Source: Ignicoccus hospitalis KIN4/I
Lineage (GTDB): Archaea > Thermoproteota > Thermoprotei_A > Sulfolobales > Ignicoccaceae
Assembly: GCF_000017945.1 (NCBI RefSeq)
Contig: NC_009776.1
Span: 600,001 to 632,000, forward strand
Length of the DNA stretch: 32,000 nt
Direction of reading: 5' to 3'
Shown here: in pieces, positions 14,833-21,183 of the stretch
How positions within the stretch are numbered: position 1 is the first letter of the stretch
How the letters are laid out: the number at the start of each line of letters is the position of its first letter
Program-made: the position numbers and the translations under genes
The notes under the pieces: model-generated
What the model saw: only the letters and a program-made list of their open reading frames with translations
Told to the model about the DNA's origin: nothing
The model's database searches: none

Positions 14833-15174
14833 GTGAAGGCCGAATTGATGCCCAAAAGAGCGATAAGGAGCGTCCTACTGTCCATACTCTTCGTAACGCT
14901 CGTAGGCGCGAGCGCAGCCCTCGCCGCCGAGATGGGCGAGACGTCCCTAGGAACGGGCATGATGACCGGCCTCAAGGCCGTCGGCGCCGGCCTCGCCTTG
15001 CTCGGAGGCACTATCGGCGCCGGCTACGCCCTGGGCGCCACCGGCGCCGCCGGCATCGCCGTGATAAGCGAGAAGCCCGAAGAGTTCGGTAGGGTCCTGC
15101 TCTTCATAGGTATCGCAGAGACGCCGGCTATCTACGGAATAGCTATCGCGATAGTCATACTCTTCGCAATATAA
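14833..15174 (+). CDS. atpK: A-type ATP synthase proteolipid subunit c (K)
   Basis: A Gly/Ala-rich hairpin (GLKAVGAGLALLGGTIGAGYALGATGAAGIAVISEKPE, then LLFIGIAETPAIYGIAIAIVILFAI) carries the ion-binding Glu in IAETPAIYG. Possible starts are TTG 14809 (track), GTG 14833 (best SD) and ATG 14848. Confidence 0.85.
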   Translation: MKAELMPKRAIRSVLLSILFVTLVGASAALAAEMGETSLGTGMMTGLKAVGAGLALLGGTIGAGYALGATGAAGIAVISEKPEEFGRVLLFIGIAETPAIYGIAIAIVILFAI

Positions 15175-15178
15175 CAGC

Positions 15179-15184
15179 TTTTTT
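15179..15184 (+). terminator. Oligo-T (T6) terminator after atpK
   Basis: TTTTTT begins 5 nt after the TAA at 15172-15174. A TATA-like GAAAATTAAC (15194-15203) follows, 20 nt before the hemL GTG, suggesting a leaderless transcript. Confidence 0.4.
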
Positions 15185-15222
15185 AGACACAGCGAAAATT
15201 AACGTCCCTTTGTTCGAGATCC

Positions 15223-16506
15223 GTGGGTAAAAGCGTGGACCGGTCGCTCGAGCTCTTCCAAATTGCAAAGAACTTGTTCCCGGGAGGGGTGAACAGCCCC
15301 ATAAGGGCTGCTGTAAAACCGTATCCGTTTTACGTAAAGAAGGCCAGCGGCGCCACTTTAGTGACTGTCGACGGCGTAGAACTAATTGACTACGTACTGG
15401 GTTACGGCCCCTTAATACTAGGTCACATGCACCCTAAGGTCTTGGAAGCGGTGGAAGAGCAACTGAACAGAGGCTGGTTGTACGGTACCCCCCACGAACT
15501 CGAGATAGAGCTAGCAAAGAAGATAGTGAGCCATTACCCCTCTATTGATATGGTTAGGTTCGTGAATTCGGGGACTGAAGCGACGATGACCGCCATAAGG
15601 CTGGCCAGGGGTTTCACTAAGAAGAACAAAATAATCAAGTTCGACGGCTGCTACCACGGAGCACACGACTCCGTCTTAGTCAAGGCCGGCTCGGCCGTCT
15701 CGCACTTCGGGGTCCCCGGCTCCGCCGGCGTCCCAGAGGAGGTGAGCAAGCTAACCTTGGTGGTGCCCTTCAACGACGTTGAAGCGGTAGAGAAGGTGGC
15801 CAAGGAGAATCAAGACGACTTGGCCGCTATAATTGTTGAACCGGTGATGGGGAATGCCGGCGTAATCCCTCCCAAGGAGGGCTTCCTCAAGGAGTTGAGG
15901 AGGATCGCCGATGAGACCGGCGCGCTCTTGATCTTCGACGAAGTGATCACCGGGTACAGGCTGGGCTTGGGTGGCGCCCAAGCGAAGTTCGGCGTAGTAC
16001 CGGATCTAACTACCTTAGGCAAGATAGTTGGCGGAGGCTTCCCGGTAGGCGTCGTCGGAGGTAAGAGGGAGATCATGGAATACCTAACCCCCTCTGGCCC
16101 AGTGTTTAACGCCGGCACGTTCAACGCGCACCCCGTAACTATGGCAGCGGGGCTCGCGACTATCAACGAACTCGAGAGGGGGTACGTCTACGAGGTCGCC
16201 AACAGCGCGGCAGAAAAGGTGGCCAAGGCGTTGGAACAAGAAGCGGTGGCCAAGTTCGGGGGCGTAGTGCACAGAGTGGCCAGCATGTTCCAGTGGTTCC
16301 CCGGGGTGGAAGAAGTTAACAACTACGCCGACGCCTTGAAGGCCAACAAGGAAATCTCGTTAAGGCTGCACGAGGAACTTCTGAAGAGAGGAGTATTCAT
16401 AGCGCCGAGCTTGTTCGAAGCGTGGTTCACCTCCGCGGCTCACGGGGAGGACGTGGTCAACAAGACGTTGGAGGCCTTATCCGAAGCGCTAAAGGTGATA
16501 TCTTGA
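15223..16506 (+). CDS. hemL: Glutamate-1-semialdehyde 2,1-aminomutase
   Basis: 427 aa with a GTG start. Motifs: GGVNSPIRA near the N-terminus, a class III aminotransferase fold, and the PLP-lysine block [13 protein letters not shown]. Confidence 0.95.
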   Translation: MGKSVDRSLELFQIAKNLFPGGVNSPIRAAVKPYPFYVKKASGATLVTVDGVELIDYVLGYGPLILGHMHPKVLEAVEEQLNRGWLYGTPHELEIELAKKIVSHYPSIDMVRFVNSGTEATMTAIRLARGFTKKNKIIKFDGCYHGAHDSVLVKAGSAVSHFGVPGSAGVPEEVSKLTLVVPFNDVEAVEKVAKENQDDLAAIIVEPVMGNAGVIPPKEGFLKELRRIADETGALLIFDEVITGYRLGLGGAQAKFGVVPDLTTLGKIVGGGFPVGVVGGKREIMEYLTPSGPVFNAGTFNAHPVTMAAGLATINELERGYVYEVANSAAEKVAKALEQEAVAKFGGVVHRVASMFQWFPGVEEVNNYADALKANKEISLRLHEELLKRGVFIAPSLFEAWFTSAAHGEDVVNKTLEALSEALKVIS

Positions 16507-17417
16507 AAATCAAGATAGCCGCGCGCGGGAGCAAACTCAGCTTAAAGCAAGTATCCATGTTCACCTCCTACCTCCTCAAGTTCTTTCCCGACTTGGAGTA
16601 CGAAGTGATAACAGTCAAAACCACCGGGGACAAGGCCAACGCCCCTTTCGAGGAGCTCGCCAAAAGGGGCCTCACCGGCCTCTTCGAGAAGGAAGTTAAC
16701 AAGGCCGTATTGGAGGGGAAGGCCGACGTGGCGGTCCACTCACTCAAGGACTTACCCACAGAACTGGACCCTAGGTTAGAAATAGCGGCCTTCTTGCCCC
16801 GCGACCCCCCTTACGACGTCTTGATCTCCAGGGCCGGCAACTACGACATATTTGACCTCCCCAAAGGCTCCGTGGTGGGGACCTCCTCGGCCCGCAGGAA
16901 GGCTTTAATCAAGAACTTGAGACCCGATCTCGTAGTAAAGGACTTGAGGGGCAACGTGGACACGCGCTTGGAAAAGCTGAGGAGGGGAGAGTACGACGCC
17001 ATAGTTCTGGCCGAGGCGGGGGTGTCTAGGTTGGGACTTAATGTCGATTACGTTAGGCTCGATTGGAGGCTCTTCCCTCCCTCGCCCGGCCAAGGGATAA
17101 TTGTAGCTGTAACTAGAAAGGGTAGCGAAATATCTGACCTGTTGAAGTCCATAAGCGACGTGAAAAGCGAGAAGCTCGCAACCGCCGAAAGGACCGTGTT
17201 GAAAGAGTTCGGTGGGGGTTGTTTCGTAGCGTTGGGGGCCATAGCTTTCGAAGAGGGAAGTTTGATTAGGCTGAGGGCTACGGTCTTAAGCCCCAGCGGG
17301 AGGGAGAGGGTAGACGTGGAGCTGATAGGCAAGGGCCCGGAGGAGGTAGGGATGAGGGCAGCAGAACGCTTGAAGGCCCTAAACCCGATGAAGACTACGG
17401 TGGGTTCCGAGGAGTGA
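16503..17417 (+). CDS. hemC: Porphobilinogen deaminase (hydroxymethylbilane synthase)
   Basis: The homology begins at [16 protein letters not shown], which is the TTG at 16503 overlapping the hemL stop (TTGA). The 81-nt upstream extension in the ORF track (16422) lies inside hemL and is R/G-rich. [10 protein letters not shown] and the cofactor-Cys block [10 protein letters not shown] are present. Confidence 0.9.
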   Translation: MKIKIAARGSKLSLKQVSMFTSYLLKFFPDLEYEVITVKTTGDKANAPFEELAKRGLTGLFEKEVNKAVLEGKADVAVHSLKDLPTELDPRLEIAAFLPRDPPYDVLISRAGNYDIFDLPKGSVVGTSSARRKALIKNLRPDLVVKDLRGNVDTRLEKLRRGEYDAIVLAEAGVSRLGLNVDYVRLDWRLFPPSPGQGIIVAVTRKGSEISDLLKSISDVKSEKLATAERTVLKEFGGGCFVALGAIAFEEGSLIRLRATVLSPSGRERVDVELIGKGPEEVGMRAAERLKALNPMKTTVGSEE

Positions 17418-17477
17418 CGAAGTTCGCTAGGGCTGAGGCTCCTCGCTTTGGCCCCTCTTCACCCCAAACAGTCGGGA

Positions 17478-17503
17478 GGCCCGGTCCGAGGTTAGACCGG
17501 GCC
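17478..17503. other. Perfect 9-bp GC-rich inverted repeat (GGCCCGGTC-8 nt-GACCGGGCC) in the largest intergenic gap
   Basis: Read directly from the sequence. It lies 61 nt after the hemC stop and is followed by CGTTTCC. Its function is unknown; it could be a terminator-like structure or part of a small RNA. Confidence 0.3.
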
Positions 17504-17570
17504 CGTTTCCAGTCATCGCCGGGTGGAGGCCTTGGGTGGGGAGAGAAAAAAGTTCCTAGGAAGGCATCTA

Positions 17571-18116
17571 ATGGTAAAGGGTAAGTACGTAGATTTAATA
17601 TTAAGTGGTAAGAAGACCGCCACTATAAGGAAAGGTTACTGGGTTCCAAAGTATAAGGAAATAATTTTGCACGGGGGAGGGAGACCGTTCGCGGTGGCCG
17701 AAATCACGGAGGTCAAGCACAAGAAGCTGAAAGAGCTCACGCCCAACGAGGTCCGCGCGGACGGCTTCGAGAGTTTGGCCGAACTCAAGGAGGCGTTGAG
17801 GGGCGCCTACGGCGACATCAGCGACGAAGATACAATAACTGTAATTTCATTCAAAATAAAGAAGAAGTTGACCGAATTGGACGTCAAAGATCCGTACATG
17901 GGGTTGAAGCCAACCGAAGTAGCCAGGTTGGCCCTCAGGTACTTGGACCTCAGCGAGGAAGAGAGGAAGATACTGAAGACCCTAGTAGACACGGGGAGCT
18001 TGAGGGAGGCCGCTATAAGACTCTTCGGTGACATAGGCGCGCGCTGGAGGATTAGGAAGGTGTTAAAGAGGTCGCTCGCGGAGTTAGTCAAGAGAGGTTA
18101 CATAGGGCCTAGGTAG
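17571..18116 (+). CDS. ASCH (PUA-like) domain protein fused to a C-terminal helix-turn-helix region
   Basis: YVDLILSGKKTATIRKGYW ... ELTPNEVRADGFESLAELKEAL fits the ASCH pattern. The C-terminal LSEEERKILKTLVDTGSLREAAIRLFG ... LAELVKRGYI looks like an HTH. I prefer the ATG at 17571 (AGGAAGG 7 nt upstream); the ORF track starts at a GTG at 17523. Confidence 0.65.
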   Translation: MVKGKYVDLILSGKKTATIRKGYWVPKYKEIILHGGGRPFAVAEITEVKHKKLKELTPNEVRADGFESLAELKEALRGAYGDISDEDTITVISFKIKKKLTELDVKDPYMGLKPTEVARLALRYLDLSEEERKILKTLVDTGSLREAAIRLFGDIGARWRIRKVLKRSLAELVKRGYIGPR

Positions 18117-18170
18117 CTCGGTTAGTAAAGCCTTAAATCCCCCGTTCCCGCAGCGGCCCCGGTAGGAGAG

Positions 18171-18605
18171 GTGAAGACCGTAGAGCTTACAAACGGGTCG
18201 AAGAAAAAGGTTGAAGACAGGATTGTGGGGCGGCACGTCTACGGTAACTTGTACGGCGTCGACCCGGCGAAGCTCTGGGACGAGGAGGGGTTGAAAGAAC
18301 TCGTAAGGGAGGCTGCAGAGGTAGCAAACATGAAGTTGGTAGAGGTGAGGTCGTGGAAGTTCACCGGGTACCACGGGGGCGTATCAGTGATGGCACTAGT
18401 TCTAGAAAGCCACATAACTATACATACTTGGCCGGATTACGAGTACGCGACCGTCGACGTGTACACTTGCGGCGAGAGGAGCGACCCGTGGAGGGCGTTC
18501 GAACTAATCGTCGAGAGGTTAGAGCCGGAGGACTACGTGGTCCACTACAGCGACCGCAGTAGCCCTAAGAGGCCCTTGGGGGGCACAGCGGGTCGAATCC
18601 AGTAG
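18171..18605 (+). CDS. speH: Pyruvoyl-dependent decarboxylase of the archaeal S-adenosylmethionine decarboxylase (SpeH) family
   Basis: 144 aa with a GTG start and AGGAG upstream. The self-cleavage and active-site block LVLESHITIHTWPDYEYATVDVYTCG is present. An alternative start at GTG 18225 would give MGRHVYGNLYG. Confidence 0.85.
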   Translation: MKTVELTNGSKKKVEDRIVGRHVYGNLYGVDPAKLWDEEGLKELVREAAEVANMKLVEVRSWKFTGYHGGVSVMALVLESHITIHTWPDYEYATVDVYTCGERSDPWRAFELIVERLEPEDYVVHYSDRSSPKRPLGGTAGRIQ

Positions 18606-19192
18606 TTTTTCAAAGTACTCACTGTGTGTAGGTAAGCGTCTAAGACCTCTTCCAGCGGGGCGAGCCTTATGTTGCGCCACGAGTACCTCACCTCGAGCTG
18701 AAAGGGCACGTGAGATACGGTGACCGCGTAAACCAAAGGCCTCCCGAAAGCCTCTTCCCAAGCCTCTCCTAAGTCCACCACGTCCCCTCCTAGTTCCCTC
18801 GCCTCGTCGCCTATCAGAACGAGCGCGTCAGCGTTCTTCGGGTCTTCCACGAAAGCGAAGTCCATACCTCTGTTCGTTAGGAACCAAACCGCTAAGGCCC
18901 TTCCCGTATATGATTGAGGTGTGACCCAAAGTTTGACCTTGTTGCCCCTTCTCAGAAACTTTAGCTTGACGTTTTCTATAGGTCCGGAGCCGTATATCGC
19001 CGGACACTTGAAACAAGGCTCGAGGCTCAACGAGGCAGCCGCTACGGAAGAAACCACGGCCAAGTCTACGTACTTATTAAGAAACATGTACAAACTCCTT
19101 TCCGGGGTGGTCCTAACTACCTCCCACCCCCTCACGTCAAAATGCTCCGTCAAAGGTTCCATGTACTTGATGCTCAAGAGCGCCGCCCTCAT
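18545..19192 (-). CDS. MqnA/MqnD-family (PF02621, periplasmic-binding-fold) protein, short form
   Basis: 215 aa with an ATG start. The blocks DLAVVSS, IYGSGPIENVKL, TPQSYTGRALAVWFL, ADALVLIGDEA and VVDLGEAWEEAFGRPLVYAV align by eye with the chorismate dehydratase MqnA pattern. The 3' end overlaps convergent speH by 61 nt. Confidence 0.55.
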   Translation of the reverse strand: MRAALLSIKYMEPLTEHFDVRGWEVVRTTPERSLYMFLNKYVDLAVVSSVAAASLSLEPCFKCPAIYGSGPIENVKLKFLRRGNKVKLWVTPQSYTGRALAVWFLTNRGMDFAFVEDPKNADALVLIGDEARELGGDVVDLGEAWEEAFGRPLVYAVTVSHVPFQLEVRYSWRNIRLAPLEEVLDAYLHTVSTLKNYWIRPAVPPKGLLGLLRSL

Positions 19193-19222
19193 TCCGGTGC
19201 TCCAGAAAGTGTGGAAAGCATA

Positions 19223-19233
19223 GTTTATTTAAC
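19223..19233. promoter_or_regulatory. TATA-like GTTTATTTAAC in the divergent spacer
   Basis: It ends 18 nt before the GTG at 19252 (leaderless spacing) and lies about 31 nt from the ATG at 19192 on the other strand. Confidence 0.3.
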
Positions 19234-19251
19234 AAGGTTGTTGGGCATTAA

Positions 19252-20373
19252 GTGGGCGACGAGACCTTGAGGAGCGCAGTAGCGCTGCTGGCGCTATCGG
19301 CCATGGCGTTGGCCGCCGCTACGATAACCCTTACAGTAAACGACGGCAAGGTCGCCCTCTCTAAGATCGTCGTAGAAGCTGAGCGGGAAAAGTTCCCGTT
19401 CCAGTACGGAGAGAGTTTAGTGTCAAGCCAGCTGGTCGCGGTCGACAAGCTCTGGGGTGAGGGCTCGAGCGTCAAGGAGTCCTTTTCAACCAACAGCGCA
19501 CTCACCCTCAGCTCTTCGCCCTTGAAGAAGGGACGCGCCGAAATAACGCTGAGTATAACGTCCGACCCGACGACTGTGAGCTTACACAGCAGGATTAAGG
19601 GTTCCGTCCTAGTATTGTTCTTTTATATACGCAACATGGACATAGTCCTTAACTCTGTTATAAACAAGCAAGACAACTCAGGGAACTTGACGATAGACGG
19701 CTTCGCCGAGCTCCCGTCTCCTAAGGTAACAGTGGAGAAGATGTTAAACACAATGATACCTAAGATAAAAGCTGGTATCGAGGATTTGGGACTAAAGGTA
19801 GTGGAGTTGAAGTACGAAGTTACTGGCAAGTCCCTACCTCCCACTAGCAAGGTCAAAATGTACGTAATCTTGAAAGGAGAAAGGGATAAGATAGTTGAAT
19901 CGTTGAACAGTCTAGGGATACCAACATCGGAACTGTTGAACTTAATAAACATGAACGATACTGTAGTCAGAAAGGTTAACGCCCAAGCAAACCTGGAACT
20001 GTCCCTTAAGAGGTCCGGAAAAGAGCTCTTCACAGAAATAAGGGCCAAAGTGAGGGGAGAAGGCGTCTACCTTAACGATACCGTCCGTTACGAGCTCCGG
20101 AGCCGCTTGGAGCCCGTACTGAAGGCCCTCAACGTTACGGAGCTAGAGGGCTACTTGCTGCCTACCAATAACGTGACCAGCTCCCTCACGGTCAACGTTA
20201 CAGGCAATAAAGTTAAAGCCAACTTCGTGTTCACGAACGTATACTTTAACAACACCGAGGAGTTGTGGAAGACGCTGAAAAGAATTGAAGATGAACTGGG
20301 CGTGAACTTCGAGGTCCTCTGTAGCGGAAAGGTATATGACATAGAAAGGGCTGCGTCCTCTTGCAAGGGCTGA
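19252..20373 (+). CDS. Secreted or membrane-anchored hypothetical protein, rich in N-glycosylation sequons
   Basis: 373 aa with a GTG start. The N-terminus LRSAVALLALSAMALAAATITL is signal-peptide-like. There are 7 N-x-S/T sequons, 5 of them in the last ~110 aa, and a C-terminal Cys pair (LCSG...ASSC). I recognise no family. A T5 tract follows directly after the stop (20374-20378). Confidence 0.6.
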   Translation: MGDETLRSAVALLALSAMALAAATITLTVNDGKVALSKIVVEAEREKFPFQYGESLVSSQLVAVDKLWGEGSSVKESFSTNSALTLSSSPLKKGRAEITLSITSDPTTVSLHSRIKGSVLVLFFYIRNMDIVLNSVINKQDNSGNLTIDGFAELPSPKVTVEKMLNTMIPKIKAGIEDLGLKVVELKYEVTGKSLPPTSKVKMYVILKGERDKIVESLNSLGIPTSELLNLINMNDTVVRKVNAQANLELSLKRSGKELFTEIRAKVRGEGVYLNDTVRYELRSRLEPVLKALNVTELEGYLLPTNNVTSSLTVNVTGNKVKANFVFTNVYFNNTEELWKTLKRIEDELGVNFEVLCSGKVYDIERAASSCKG

Positions 20374-20407
20374 TTTTTGTCTAAAGGCCCCACATAACTC
20401 TGGGAGG

Positions 20408-21172
20408 GTGACTAAAACCTTGGGAAGGGTCTACGATTTAGCAAAGGTCCCTATGTCAAGGGTAGAAAGGTTAGACTTGGTAATCTTGCCTATAGGCTCT
20501 ATCGAACGCCACGGAAACCACTTGCCGTTGGGTACGGACACGTTGATAGCGGAAGAGGTAGCGCGCAGGGTGGCGAAGAAGCTCTCGGAGAAGGGCTACC
20601 ACGTCGGCCTCTTGCCCCCCATTTGGTACGGCTACACTTGGTCTCTGAGACACCTAGACGGTACGGTTAGCGTGGAAGCGGAGAACTTAGCCAAGTTCGT
20701 AGAAGACATACTGGTTACTTTGCCTTCTCCGAGGATTCCCCGGATCCTAATAATCAACGGACACGGAGGCAACAAAGAGCCCTTGGAAGTCGCCGTGAAA
20801 GAGGCCTTGAACAGGCTGAGCCCGGGAATAAAGATAGGCGCCGTCTCTTGGTGGGACATGGTCCCTAAGGAGGCGTTCCTACAAGCGTTCGGGACCTTGC
20901 CCTCCCACGCGTGCGAGATAGAGACGAGTATGGTAATGGCCATATGTGAAGAATGCGTTGACTTAGGCGACGTGGAGCCCGTGCCGCCGGCAGAGAGGAA
21001 GCTGTTGCGCTCCCTCTCGGAAACGCGAAGGGCGTTCTCCAGGGGGTACATGGGCGATCCGAAGAGGGCCAAGAAGGAGGAAGGCGAGAGACTCCTCGAA
21101 GTGGCTGCCGAAGAGCTGGCTAGGAGGCTGTTACGCGAGCTCGAGAGCGAGGAGGAAGTCGGAATAGAATAA
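20408..21172 (+). CDS. Creatininase-family amidohydrolase (ArfB/creatinine amidohydrolase superfamily)
   Basis: 254 aa with a GTG start. ILPIGSIERHGNHLPLGTDTLIAEEVA and INGHGGN are the family's metal-binding blocks. Confidence 0.85.
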   Translation: MTKTLGRVYDLAKVPMSRVERLDLVILPIGSIERHGNHLPLGTDTLIAEEVARRVAKKLSEKGYHVGLLPPIWYGYTWSLRHLDGTVSVEAENLAKFVEDILVTLPSPRIPRILIINGHGGNKEPLEVAVKEALNRLSPGIKIGAVSWWDMVPKEAFLQAFGTLPSHACEIETSMVMAICEECVDLGDVEPVPPAERKLLRSLSETRRAFSRGYMGDPKRAKKEEGERLLEVAAEELARRLLRELESEEEVGIE

Positions 21173-21174
21173 AC

Positions 21175-21180
21175 TTTTTT
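21175..21180. terminator. T6 tract in the 11-nt gap between convergent genes
   Basis: AAACTTTTTTCTC lies between the stop at 21172 (+) and the stop at 21184 (-). It is oligo-T only on the plus strand. Confidence 0.35.
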
Positions 21181-21183
21181 CTC

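Noticed and set aside
16422-16502. N-terminal extension of hemC in the ORF track ([18 protein letters not shown]...).
   Set aside because: The extension lies entirely within the 3' end of hemL in another frame and is R/G-rich. HemC homology begins exactly at the TTG at 16503, which forms a TTGA overlap with the hemL stop.
17418-17522. Possible tRNA or box C/D sRNA in the hemC-ASCH spacer.
   Set aside because: No cloverleaf or T-loop (GTTCRANYC) could be drawn. Only degenerate C-box-like (GATGAC, minus strand) and no properly spaced CTGA D/D' boxes are present. I kept only the hairpin as an observation.
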